A DNA stretch of 63,840 bases, counting the filler, from Dimargaris cristalligena (taxonomy: Eukaryota): NCBI GenBank assembly GCA_003614675.1. It is 3 parts of 3 records of this genome, joined end to end, with 100 filler letters (N's around TTAATTAATTAA, not from the genome) between each part and the next. Parts side by side here need not be neighbours in the genome. Positions count along the whole stretch, not along the records: positions 22,104 to 44,067 come from ML002647.1; 2 more parts are not named here. One strand, given 5' to 3'. A program made the translations under genes and the position numbers. Shown here in pieces: positions 26,450-38,355 of the stretch. Each line of letters opens with the position of its first letter. Positions within the stretch are counted from its first letter, which is position 1. Below the pieces are notes generated by a model, which saw only the letters and a program-made list of their open reading frames with translations, did no database searches and had not been told where the DNA came from.

Positions 26450-27073
26450 TGTTGTGGTCGCACTTAATACCACAAGGTAATATAGCCTGATAACCTTATC
26501 AGGGCTGGCTGGAGCAGTCTCAGTCCAATGGAAAAAACTAACTAACTAAGGAAAACACACACTCAGTGGGGACGATTCTTATCTGATCTTCAGATAGGGA
26601 CAACTAGGGTAACCGGGGATCACACAGGGAGCCATCTAGTATACAACAGATAAGGCACAATAAATGGGCTTGGGCCGAATTGATGACAGGGATAGAGCAA
26701 GACCGGTGGATCGAAATAACTAACTAGTAAACTATACTTAGTGTAAAAACTGCCTGTTTATTAGGAGAATACCCTAAAGATATTTATATGAAATGTAATA
26801 AAGAAGGCCGCTAATGTTGGCAGCTCTGAGGGTACTAAGTCTGGGGATATGCCCCAGACTTCTATAACTAAAATATCCTCAAGTTATAAATAAGAACTAT
26901 GAATACTGAATATTGAATATTGAATACTGGAAAAATGGCCTAGCCACTGAAGGGCTTGTAACTGGGTGGGAAAAGATAAAGACTGATATTTAGTGATGTT
27001 CTTCATCTTTTCTAAACTAAAAATAGTATGGCTGGGATATGCTATTAGAGATTAAGCAGGCCCGGCCACAACT
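26450..27073 (+). mobile_element. solo-LTR-like repeat (~620 bp)
   Basis: Ends TGTTGTGG...CCACAAC(T); flanks ACCCT/CCCCT form a near-TSD. Its halves recur inverted at 27864-28196 and 29455-29738. Confidence 0.6.
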
Positions 27074-27556
27074 CCCCTATAAATACAAAATTACAGGCAT
27101 CCCTAAAATAAACCTTTCATGTGAGATTAATCACACATGTGGCCATTAATAAATCATCATTATTTGGTTTTGGAATTAGATATTTGGCAATGTGATCAAC
27201 CCAAAGCTGGAAGGGGGTTTACATAAACATTGCCCAATGTGAATAGAAAAGGTTTGAACCATGCCAGCCCACCGGGAATGGCCTTATATGACTAAGCAGA
27301 TATGGAAATCTGGCCTAGCCATTGGTGAACTATACAGTAATGTTTGGTACTTAAAGATTTGGTAATGTTAATGTAAAATGTGGCTAGGGAATGCAAGAAT
27401 AGGGAAACACATGCATTCCAAAGGCAATTGGCAACATGAATCCATTGACTTCCTAACATCCCCAAGCAGAAAAGAGGATCATTGTAAACTGCAGTGTAAG
27501 GAAGCCCACTTTTTAATTTCAGGGTTAATTAAGTATGATAAAGGGTGATATACATA

Positions 27557-27834
27557 TGGGTGAAATTCGGCCCAGCTATATAAGGGTTTCCATTATATGT
27601 GTATGGGAAAATATATGGGAAATGTATTTTTAACTAGTAATATTGGCTGAATCTAATGGATTTTTCATTATACAGCTTGGATGAACTTCTCCCATATGGA
27701 TGAAATTCAAACCAGCTGTACAAGGTTTTACATAATACATTTATGGGTAATAATATGTGGGAATAGCTTTTAACCAGTAATATTGGCCTCATCCAATGGA
27801 TTTTTAGTTATACAGCCTGAATGAACTTCTCCCA
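27557..27834. mobile_element. tandem dimer of the ~138-bp MITE (27557-27694, 27697-27834)
   Basis: Two head-to-tail copies share one CCC-ATAT-GG junction. Orientation is opposite to the other copies. Confidence 0.8.
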
Positions 27835-27863
27835 TATATAGGATGGTCTTTGGATTTGCCATC

Positions 27864-28196
27864 TGTTATGGCCAGACCTGCTTAATCTTTAATAGCATAC
27901 CCCAGCTAAACTATTTTTAGTTTTGGAAAAGGTAACAAACATCACCAAAGGTCAGTCTTCATCTTTTCCCACTAAAGTGAGCCATTTGGTGGCTTATGCC
28001 ACTTTCCAACATTCATTATTCATTATTCAGTATTCATAGTTATTATTCTTAGTTGGAAGATTTCTTAGTTATAGAAGGCTGGGGATACACCCCAGTCTTT
28101 GTATCTCCAAGCCACCAGTATCAGTGGTCTTAATTATTCCATGTATTCTTCTAGTTAGCTATAGTTATTATTTACAGCTATCCATTGGGTATTCTA
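27864..28196 (-). repeat. inverted partial copy of 3' half of 26450-27073 repeat
   Basis: TGTTATGGCC..CCTGCTTAATC...GGGTATTCT is the reverse complement of about 26765-27073, with many transitions. Confidence 0.75.
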
Positions 28197-29309
28197 GTAC
28201 CATAGTAGTACCAGTACTTTGCTATGTTATATTCATTCCTACTAGCTGTCAGCCCTCCTAATCCAACCTAAATCTGGACTTAATGATCATCTGCCCTTAT
28301 TAGGCCTTATAGTACCATATGAACCCTCCCATAATTGTGTTGGCGTCGGGGTCTTCAAATCCACCGCTAGGATTCGGATTACGGATGGCCATCCCCTGTT
28401 CAAGTGCAGAATGCTGGGGCGTGGACGGTGGTGTGCCCGGGCCAGACGAAGGTGGGACGCTAGGTCCAGAGGAACGAGTTGGGAGGCGTGACATTGAAGG
28501 GAGAGGTTTACAAGTGTTAAGTATTTCGAGTAAAGAAAATTGATAATAAGTTATTATTATTATTATTTTTATTTATTTATTGTAATCGTGAAGAGAATAG
28601 GAATTATGAACAAAGTATTGTTTTTCTGTTGCAGGAAGAGGGCTCCCCGAACTGCGATCGTAAAATAGGTCATTATAAATAATCCAGGATCTCATTATAC
28701 ATTTCAAAATATCGTCATAAATCCGTCATATTATATGGTCATTTGCAAAAATGAGTGTTACAAATTGGTACAAACTTCCCGAAAGGCGTGGAAAAGATTT
28801 CTCATAAAATTCGTCATATCAATTGGAATCATTAATATTTAACAGAAGAAAACAGTCGTAAGCATTGGAAGATGGATTGATAGCCGGATACTGAAGGCTG
28901 ATAGCTGACATTCTCACGGCACTACATAATCACCCCTGGTACTATGGGATCATCATTTATTATATAACCCTTCTCCTTCTGGCCCCCAATACTTCACACA
29001 AAACACTCAACCTACTGATCCAAAGACTCTTCCAGTTCCTATGAGAGTCTTCCAGATATGAAACCTGTCTGGTTAGTCTATTTATCTATACTGTAGTTTA
29101 GTAGTATTTCCCTTGGGACCTCCCTCTGGAGCTGTCCCCACATGTATATAACCAGACCCTATCATGGACTGGTTCAATTCTTTAGCTTATTCTTACCCCC
29201 TAGTTTACCACAATAAACTCTATATATGCTCACCCCTTTATACTGACCCATAAGTATACCCACTGCATATCCCTTGCATAACCTCATTGCCTAGGTCTTT
29301 ATTGGTTAG

Positions 29310-29738
29310 TACTATATCCCCCATCCTAATGCTAGTAGCCTGCTTGGCTGAGTCTAAGTCCCATCTACTATTAGAAGCCTATCCCCGAGTCTCTTGATGG
29401 ACTAAGAGTAGTTAACTCAGGTAACACTAACTAAGTTTTATATAAATATTCACTGGGTATTCTCTCAGTAAAGGCAGGCAGTTTTACAACAGTATAGTTT
29501 ATTGTTAGTTTTTCATTGATCCCCAGTACTGTCTTATCTGTGTCGACATTTGGCCCAAGCCCATTTATTGTGCAATTATCCGCTACATACTAGCAGGATC
29601 CCTGAGTGATCTCCAGTTGCCTAGTTGTCCCTGTCTGAAGACCAGATAAAAATCGTCCCTGCCGAGTGCGCGTTTTTCCCATAGTTTCTAAGGTTTACCA
29701 TTGCATATTATATTGTGGTATTAAGTACAACCACAACA
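29310..29738 (-). repeat. inverted partial copy of 5' half of 26450 repeat, joined to a segment shared with 49300-49417
   Basis: 29455-29738 matches the reverse complement of 26450-26773 and ends CCACAACA. 29310-29428 matches 49300-49417 (CCCATCCTAATG.TAGTAGCC...CTCTTGATGGACTAAGAG). Confidence 0.75.
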
Positions 29739-30812
29739 CCCTTCACTTTTACGGAATTCAAAGCTGAATCTCTGGCCAATCGTTAATTATCAAGCTAATG
29801 GGTTTTTATATAAGAGATGTACCAATAACGAAAACTAAAAGCAAAGCACTAAAGAAAATGGGTTAAGAAATGCACGGCTAAGTAAAGCTAAATGGCGCGG
29901 AGGATGTATATCTATGAGTATGTTGGTGTGGGAGGAGGAGGTCGAAATGTTGGACACTGGGGATATATAGTGAACCTGGCCTAAATACTGGAAGTACCGG
30001 TGGGTGGGATAGGGAAATGAGAGGTGCAAGGGTATTAGCAATTATAATCATGCGAATCGGCGGATCGCGAGGTCTACGAGGAAAGGGTAATTGTGGAAGA
30101 ACTAGGGGAAATCACTTTCCACTATCTGATCAACTACCACATCGAATTCCTTTTTCCTAAATAGGAAGAATCTCCCCAAAGGTAGAGCAATCCGATACTT
30201 AAACGAAAATGTAGAAAACAATAAATAAAAGTAGTTAAAAAAGAGGGTGAAATGGCAACTCGTGCTTAGCCTGTGGGGTGGACCACATAGGTGACACAGA
30301 CTCGTCAGCGGGTAGGTGAGCGACATTTGTCATCTAAAGGGAAGTACGGAGGCGTACAATAAAAACAGATACACGGATATCAAAAAATAAGGTCAATCGA
30401 GTGGGATGTAGAAAGCGCAGTAGGCCCCCCCTATATGTTTACTACGATCAACAGACAAGCCCGATGGCATTTCCGGTTACGACCAATACGCCGAATTCGG
30501 ATACCGAGGAAATGAGCAGCGCTGATTGCGTGTTGGAATGGTACGGCAGGAAGGAGGATGGGTGAGCAGACTGATAGCGGCGGCAGTTGGGGTGGGAGAA
30601 TAACATGTTCCTAACTTTAGGCATAGGGTCAAACAGTAGTGAGAACAAAGGCAGAAAATGGCCAATGGTATGTTATACAGGACGAGGGAACAGGGGAGTC
30701 GGGTCGGTTGTTAGACAGGACATCGCACTAAGATACGAGGCAACGGAGGAAACCATGTTTAGGATGACTAGTGGAAAGAAGTGCACAGCACGGATTTAGC
30801 CTATCCGACTAC

Positions 30813-32745
30813 TTAGGATTGTAGACAACGCTCCAACTGCCCCAGCGGACAACGAGTGGCGGTGATTTGTTGACCAGCAAACCACCGGCCGTGAAGAGCC
30901 TGGATGGCCTTATCTGCAGCCTCCTGATTCTCGAATTGAATATACACATCGCCCTGTGTTAATTAAAGTGTCAATGCATTGGTGAATCGATTATTAAAAT
31001 GGTAAAGAGTTAGTAATCGGGAAAAATGACACGCGTAAAATAGGAACGACTAGGCTGTAGCAGTACATATAGCACCACAAACATCAGGCGAAGTAAGGAT
31101 GTCTCTATCCTTAAGAAATGTCACTTGGGGCACAGAAACTTACCTTTGTTGTTTTGTTAATAAATACTCGCTGAATGGTACCAAAGGCCGCACATTCATC
31201 TCGAATATCCTCCTCTAATTCCTCCACCCATTGAGGCTCCGTCTCCGTTTCGGGATCAAACATGTGTTGTAAGTAGACCACCTGGGCCGACGGAGCGGAG
31301 GCAGCGGCCGGTGTAGACTGACGCGAGGATAAATCAAGCGCAGCCAGTCGGTCATTGGAAGGCTCAGACCCGGGATGCGGGTGAGGAGAAGCATCGGCAG
31401 GAGGTGTACCGGGCGACTTGGGTTGGTTACCCGCGTCTTGCCCCTCCGTCCCATGGACCTTTTCATCATCCAAAGAAAGCTCTGATGACTGTGGGGCAGG
31501 TGAGGCGGTGGTGGTAGTAGATGGCCTAACACTGGGTGAAACCGATTGAGTCGGTGCTCTGGAATCAAGGGTTGAAACGGGATCCGGAAGAGTCGATGTC
31601 GAAGCAAGCGACGAAGGAGCGGAAGGCACAGGTCCCTGGTTTAGGTTTTCGACTTTTAAGCGTCGACCAGCCAATTCAAACCCATGCAGAGCCTCCAGCG
31701 CCATACGGGCATGGATGGGTTGGTGGTACTGTACGAAGCCGAAGCCCTTGGAGTGACCGGTATCCGGTTCACGATGCAGGGTGACCGATTCGAGAGGACC
31801 AAAGGGTTCGAAAATCAGACGCAGGTCCTGTTCGGATAGAGCATAGCTAATGGAGCCCACGTAAAGGCGACACCCAGACGAATCGGCCATAGCGGCGCGG
31901 TTAATTGAAGAATTGCCGGTTGGCGTAGTGGGTGACCGCGGATCCCCCCGCCGGGTAGCTGACGACGTGGAAGATGGGGGGCCCTGCTGGAGCCGCCTAT
32001 TCTTTTCGGCTTCGCTGCGGTCCACGATGATGGGTATTCCCAGCAGCTTCTCCCCGTTCAGCTGCAGGGCGGCCTCGACGGTATCCTTATCGTAGAACTC
32101 TACGTAGCCGATGCCCTTGGATCGACCTGAATAGCGGTCCAGGATGATTTGGGCCTGGCGGACCCGGCCTACTTTAGCGAAGAAGTGGTACAGATCACTA
32201 CGGCGGATACGACCGGAGAGCTGCATGACAAAGATGGTCCGGGCATCCCGTTGGCTTTCATCCATGACGGGGGAATCTTCGCGGCTGTCGCGGCGGCGAT
32301 GGGAGCGGCTCGAGCGGTGGGACCGGCGATTACGATCCGGGCTACGGCTACGACTCCGGCCGCGGGAAGGGCTGCGGTGACGCCGGGAACGGCCACTTTC
32401 GCGTCGGCGGGAGGGACTGCGGCTCCGACTGACGCTGCGCTCACGCCGACGACGACTCGACGAGGTAGGAGACCGACTGCGGTGACGCCGGCGCCGCGAC
32501 TCGCGGTCAGACCGGGAGCTGCGGCGGTGGGAACGCGAAGGGGAGTGCGAACGAGAACGGGTGCGGGAATGGGCTTGGGACGACTCGATTTTATGGGGGG
32601 AGGCCGGGGGGCTGGTGGACGGAGGGCTAGCAGCTTGGTTGGGCGTTAATCCTACCAAAGAGGCCGGCTGGTCTACATTCAACTTGTCAGAGGCAACCAA
32701 TGGGGAGGCCTCTCTGGGAATGGGAGTAGTGATACCGCTGGGCAT
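30813..32745 (-). CDS. RBM39: RBM39/RBM23-like splicing factor (RS domain, two RRMs, UHM; exons 32745-31144, 30954-30813)
   Basis: RS region; RDARTIFVMQL..SKGIGYVEF; RLYVGSI..SKGFGFVQY; MFDP..W..ELEEDIRDEC; spliced final exon GDVYIQF..ALHGRWFAG. Confidence 0.92.
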
Positions 32746-33251
32746 GGTGGTAGTATTAAGGTATAGCTGGCGGGAACTTACAAGAGAAGGAATGTATATA
32801 TAAAAATAATATTAAGTGAAAAGGGGGTCAAGAGAAGTTATAGAATGTAAGGTATTTTGAAAGAGGAATACTAAAGAGAGATGGAAAAAGGAAATCCAAC
32901 GAGGAAGGAAGAGAGAGAGAAGGGAAGGGCGTGCCACCAATAGACAAGGAATGTATTAAAACGACTCGCGCCTAGAGGGCTGCTCGATAAGGCCAACCAA
33001 ATGTATCTTGGCTGCTGCGTGAATTAATGGCGGACTCTCTATGCTGGATATTTTTTTATAGTGGCTAAATGAAACGGTAGGTTTTTTCGGGGACATGAAA
33101 CTAACTTACAGGGCAGTTATTTTTACCAATCAGCCAATCCACGCTGTTTGCTGGAGTTACACAATTGCGGCCTGGATTACTACTTTAAACGCATATACCG
33201 CCGGTTTCCTCCCATGCGTGGTTAAATGCGTCTGGTTTTTAATGCGAAGTA

Positions 33252-33323
33252 CCCCGCGTCAATGGATACCCCATCCTCGAGGTTCGTATGCTCGGACCCG
33301 TTCAATATCATCATCCGGCGGAG
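33252..33323 (-). ncRNA. candidate box C/D snoRNA (no target recognised)
   Basis: Minus strand: ctccgccg-g-ATGATGA...CCGA (D')...TTGA (D)-cgcgggg. The terminal stem sits in K-turn register. Confidence 0.4.
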
Positions 33324-33938
33324 GCATTAATAGGAAAAACCCTGGCCACATCTCACACAACCAGTTTCCAGAGAGAATTTAGACACCAGCCAGCGGCACC
33401 CACGATTTCGCATGCAGGCGGACCCCGTCACCCCTCCCACCTTACTACATACGAGTGGCCTTATTCTTTCCGCTCAGACCATATATGGGGGCACACTATT
33501 CCGCCGGTCCATTCAGTCATTCCACACGACACTTCGACATGGGCGGTATTTATAAATAAATAATAACAATAAACGAATGCTGGAGGTGAAGAGAAATGCT
33601 GGATTAAAAAATATATATCGAAATGGAGGAATAGTGGGGTCAGTGGCCGAGGGGGACGAATAAGGCTGACAAATAATCGGAGAAATAAACCCAGTGAGTA
33701 GTCCCCAACCTTCCAGGACTCCCCAGGCCGGTTTAATGACGAACGGGTGTATAGGGCCTGTCCCATTCCCAGACGTCAATAGGGAGAAGGGGAAGGATAA
33801 TGTGCATTGCATTGCATAAAATAAAATTGTAATAGGATAGGATAGGATAGGATATGATATGATATTATGATATTATTTTTAGAACCCGAAAACTACTACT
33901 ACTACAGCCACGATGTTCCCGACTGGGATCGGCGGTGG

Positions 33939-34799
33939 TTACTCCTTAATAACCAGGACCTGGCCGGCTTCCCAGGTCTGGGAGGGCGACAGCGACACTG
34001 CCTCGTGGACCGATCCGGATTCCACGCAGAACATATGCCGGTACTCGTCGTCGGCGAAGTCGCTCATGGCCTGGGCCTTTTCGATCCACGGGTTCCACAC
34101 GACGGTATCCCGGAAATTGATGGACTTGACCTCGATCACGTCCAGGGGCGGCGAGACCACCACCAATAGCTGGTCGGGTGTGCCATGGTAGATGCGATCC
34201 ACTTCGCCATCGAACGTAAGGGCAGCGCGATCTTCGTATACCACCGCATTGTCGGCGGTTTTATCGGTATAATTCAGCCCTTGGAGCCCGCGGATCTTAA
34301 CCTCCTTGATATCGGGTGTGGCGAAATACGTGTGAAGTAGGGGGGTGAAACGGAAGGCCGTTTTGTCAATGTTGGTCACCGCCAGGTGGGTGCCCAGAGT
34401 GGTGGCGGTCAAGGTTACCAAGTAACTGAGTTTGAAGGCGTGGGCCCAACCGCTGGCCCGGGTGGCCGCGCTGTCCCGCAGCCGGAAACAGACCATGACT
34501 TCCTCGGGGTCCGCCCGGGTCACGCCCTGGTATTCCCACACCAGGTTACGCGCGAACCCGTGCTGGCCGGGCATGAGCGGGCCCTGGCCGAACTGGGGGA
34601 ACACCAGGGGGATGCCCCCGCGGATGGCCTTGGTGCCATTCAGGACGGCCTTTTGGCTCAGAAAAAGCCGCTCGCGGTCTTGCACGACCCACGACGTCAC
34701 CGTGGCCCCCAGGGTGCGGACTTCACAGGTCGCGCCCGAAACGTGCTTGAGCACCACCTTGTCGACCTGTTGGTTACGTTCAACGACTTGGACAGACAT
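33939..34799 (-). CDS. glucose-6-phosphate 1-epimerase (aldose 1-epimerase family)
   Basis: GATVTSW, KAIRGGIPLVFPQFG, QHGFARN, LHTYF, DTVVWNPW, FCVE motifs. First ATG at 34799. Confidence 0.93.
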   Translation of the reverse strand: MSVQVVERNQQVDKVVLKHVSGATCEVRTLGATVTSWVVQDRERLFLSQKAVLNGTKAIRGGIPLVFPQFGQGPLMPGQHGFARNLVWEYQGVTRADPEEVMVCFRLRDSAATRASGWAHAFKLSYLVTLTATTLGTHLAVTNIDKTAFRFTPLLHTYFATPDIKEVKIRGLQGLNYTDKTADNAVVYEDRAALTFDGEVDRIYHGTPDQLLVVVSPPLDVIEVKSINFRDTVVWNPWIEKAQAMSDFADDEYRHMFCVESGSVHEAVSLSPSQTWEAGQVLVIKE

Positions 34800-35663
34800 G
34801 GGCACGGGGGGAGAATTAGGAGGAGGGTATGTAGTAGAAGGTAGTAGGTAGCTGGAGTAGAAACCAAATGAACAGTATAAGACGAGTGGAGGGGTGATGG
34901 GACACTGCCAAAAGTGGAGTGGCTGGCGAGAGAGTTATAAAGCAAAGGCAAACACCAAATACAGAGGGAGAGAGAGAGAGGGAGGAAGCTAGAGCGGAAA
35001 AGCCGAAGTGAACAGAGAGCCCAAATAGGCTTGGGCGGGAAAGGGGCGGCTGGTCTCATTCCACATCGCTCACCACCCCTCTCCAAGGCGCCGAACTGGG
35101 GAAGTTGGACCTAATACTATATGTGTGTGAAACCTTCCCCATTTATCGCATCATCGAAAAGGAGACGACTGCCTCTGACGCTGTCTGTGCCGTGGTTGGG
35201 TCAACGCCCCCCGGCCCAATCGGGAAGCCCCTGTAAAAGCTTAATTTTTGCACGAGTAGAAGCGTCATTGACCAGGGTCGAATTCCTTGGTAAATTATTT
35301 CCTATCTATGCCCCAGCATCTTAATGGAACTAAGGAAGGATCTTCCGACCAGATGTATCCAGTCATCAACCATGTGGGTGACGAATCCATGGGGTGAGTC
35401 GTTGTTATCAATGGTCAACTTCAACCCACTTTTAATTATCTAATGCGAGTGACCGGGGCCCACCCATCACTGCCGGGCAATATACCTGGGGCATCATTAA
35501 TTAGGGGGAATCCATCCATATTAGGGGAGTTGGATCCGGCTTTGGATATTAGGGAGATTTAGGGTTTCTGCCACTCTTGGCCAACCCACACTATAGATCC
35601 ACTTTTTTATTGCAAAAGGCTCTCGGAAGTGGGCTGACATCATGGCCTTGGAGGGTGGCGATT

Positions 35664-37157
35664 CTAATGTGGGCGTCCGCTGGCCATTTTCACACCAACA
35701 ATGTAGGCGTTGAACTGTTCCATGGCGTTAACCGCCTCGTGTTTGATTTCCTGGTACTCGCGGTCGTCGTCGCTGTCTGCATCTTCACTATTATCCGAAT
35801 CCACTCCCCTTGGACCGCCATCTCCGCTACCGTCACTATCGCCCGCATCACTCCCACTCGCCGCTCCCGCGTACATCGACTCCCGCCCCCGTCGGTCCGG
35901 TTTATGTTTAGGGCCCTTACCCCGCCGGGCCGCTCCCCCAGCGGTTAATGATTTCCGCGTACCCTTAGGCGATCCGTGCGGCTTCGCAGGCCCAGTGCTA
36001 CTCCCCGGGGGGGAGGCCGCCACGTCGGGGGCCGTGACCCAAATATGCACCCGGTGGAACCCCGCTTCCAACATGGCTTCCTTGATTTCCAGCAGTGAAT
36101 AAATCCGGAATGTATAGGAAAAATAGTTCTTGATCCAGGATCCGTCGGGGAACTCGAAATGAATAGCGTAGCGCCCGAGGTTGGTCATGAGATCGTACGA
36201 CCGGTACTCGAAGTAGTAGTTAAAAGTGCCGAACCGCCGGAATTTACTTGTGGGTAAGTCGTGATAAAGTCGCGTGCCTCCAAAGGCGTCGGCCACGACA
36301 ATTCCAAACGGGCGGAGGTTGGTTAAACAACGCCGGAGGTAGGCGACCAGGGCGGTACGTCGGTGAAAATAGAAGAGGGAGTAGTTGAGGCAGGAGATGA
36401 TGTTGACGGGGGGGATAGGCATAACGGTCGGTGGATGGGTGGTGGTGGTGTTAGTGGAGTTGGCTGTCACGCGACAATCCCTTTCCAGCTTGGCCGATCG
36501 CTGGCGCAAGGTATCATCAATTGTGAGCACATCGCCCGTCACCAATCGAACCCGCTCGGCCAACCCGGGGTCCTGGAACGTATGCGACCGGGCGTACGCA
36601 ATGACCTGGGGGTCAATATCCACACCAATGGACTGGTTTTCCACGTGGTGCCGGTTCCATTCCGCACACAAAACCGCCGTTCCACAAAAGTCTTCGCGTA
36701 GCCACTGGGCACGGCGGCCCTCCCCGGCCATCGTCGCCATGGATGGTACTGATGGTGGTGATGCTGATCGTATGGGAACACCCCTATCATCACCGTGGTC
36801 ACTTTCTTCGGTAGCCAACGAGGCTAATTCGTCCGCAGGTGGGGGGGAGTGGCGGGCATAGTACCGGTCGTACATGGTTTGGTACAGATTAAGCAAATTG
36901 GTTACTTCCTTGCGGGGGGCCTGGACGGACTCCATATAACACGCGTGACGGTCGGCCTGGTCGGCTAGCGTAAGGGGGGCTCCGGTGGACTTACTCGTCG
37001 GCGTCGTGGGTGGTGGGACCCGGGTGGCCGCCGAGAGTCGACCCGAGTCGGCTCTGGCCGAGGGGTCATCGTTGGTGGTGGTGGAGGTGGCTGGCGAAGA
37101 CTTTAGCCAAAAGTCGGCGCCCTCGGTCTTTGGTTTACGCTGGCCCTTTTTGCCCAT
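35664..37157 (-). CDS. class I SAM-dependent methyltransferase-like protein
   Basis: YMESVQAP, LREDFCGTAVLC, GVDID, LNYSLFYFH, DAFGG, EAGF motifs. Intronless 497-aa ORF. Confidence 0.8.
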   Translation of the reverse strand: MGKKGQRKPKTEGADFWLKSSPATSTTTNDDPSARADSGRLSAATRVPPPTTPTSKSTGAPLTLADQADRHACYMESVQAPRKEVTNLLNLYQTMYDRYYARHSPPPADELASLATEESDHGDDRGVPIRSASPPSVPSMATMAGEGRRAQWLREDFCGTAVLCAEWNRHHVENQSIGVDIDPQVIAYARSHTFQDPGLAERVRLVTGDVLTIDDTLRQRSAKLERDCRVTANSTNTTTTHPPTVMPIPPVNIISCLNYSLFYFHRRTALVAYLRRCLTNLRPFGIVVADAFGGTRLYHDLPTSKFRRFGTFNYYFEYRSYDLMTNLGRYAIHFEFPDGSWIKNYFSYTFRIYSLLEIKEAMLEAGFHRVHIWVTAPDVAASPPGSSTGPAKPHGSPKGTRKSLTAGGAARRGKGPKHKPDRRGRESMYAGAASGSDAGDSDGSGDGGPRGVDSDNSEDADSDDDREYQEIKHEAVNAMEQFNAYIVGVKMASGRPH

Positions 37158-37929
37158 GGATGGAGTAGGTCGGTGTAGAATTGTTGCTTGAAATGTGGGG
37201 GGTTAAGGTAGTGGTGGTGGAATGGCTGCTCGAATGAGGAGTAAGGGAGGCAGCTGCTTGGGGAGGCCTACTAGTCAGAAGGTATTTGTGGTGGGCGTTC
37301 AGTATCCTCCTCTTTCTTACGGCCTCCCCGCTGTGGCTTACGCAATTCAGCTATATCGGGACCATCGTGGTTTTCACCTTTAGTACAGTGTTGCCCAATT
37401 GGTCGGGTGTAGTAGACGATGGATAATACGAGTGGGTCACCACCCCACTGGTTATCTGCGGAGTTAGGCGTTATCGCTGCCTAATTATTCCAATTTTCCT
37501 TATGAGGAAATACGGTATATTCTCACTAAATTCAGCACACATCCTAAGGGCGTCTTGATGGGTTATAGATAGTCACGTGACATTGTTCTTATGAGCTCCT
37601 GTACTTTGGATAGTATGAGAGGAGAGAGGGGTATGTGGCTGGGGCGGCTCGCTATTTTTTTTTTCACGATGGTAAAATTTTTGCATCTATTGGTTTTTTT
37701 CAAAGCAGGCAGGGGGCATCTCCATCCATATCGCCATTTACCTTTCTCCATATAAATAAGTATTATGGATTCAAGCAATAGTAACTTATCATCTTCATCG
37801 TTTACTTTTGTATTTCTATTTTTGATTATTGTTCCATAATGACCTTCGTCATGTAATTGTTGTTAATATTCAGGTATGTCTTGGGGTTGGCCCTCTTTGC
37901 TACTATCTCTTGTAATATATTTATACACC

Positions 37930-38016
37930 CCGATTTGATGATTTGGAGGCATTTGGCTTGAAGCTTTACGGCACTGTTGAAAAATTCCAGCTACCTTAAT
38001 TTTTATGTCTGATCGG
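37930..38016 (+). ncRNA. box C/D snoRNA, snR13/U15(SNORD15)-like, copy 1
   Basis: ccga-tt-TGATGA...CTGA-tcgg. Guide GAGGCATTTGGC before D' TTGA is complementary to LSU rRNA GCCAAAUGCCUC; the +5 rule gives yeast-equivalent A2280. Confidence 0.9.
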
Positions 38017-38264
38017 TCTTTGCAGAGTAAGGTTCTTTTGCAATATGCTATAGATGATTGAATAGGTCGCTAACTGTCCTTTATTCAGTGTTTGTAACTC
38101 TTCATTATATCGATTATCCAGGTGTTGATATATATTTTGTATATCGTTTACTGCAGTTTGGTATTGCCTCATTTCGTTTTCTGCCGAATATGACCCATTG
38201 CTTATAAGGTATGTTTCTTATGTATTATCTTTATATAATAGCTTTATTTTGTAAAATATTACTC

Positions 38265-38355
38265 ACCGATCTGATGATTTGGAGGCATTTGGCTTGAAGC
38301 TTTACAGCACTGTTGAGAAATTCCAGCTACCTTAATTTTTATATGTCTGATCGGT
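38265..38355 (+). ncRNA. box C/D snoRNA, snR13/U15(SNORD15)-like, copy 2
   Basis: Near-identical paralogue with the same boxes and guide; accga/tcggt terminal stem. Confidence 0.9.

Noticed and set aside
26450..29738. Single DNA transposon or DIRS element with 300-bp terminal inverted repeats
   Set aside because: No transposase or recombinase ORF; the repeats are diverged and better explained as separate LTR-like copies.
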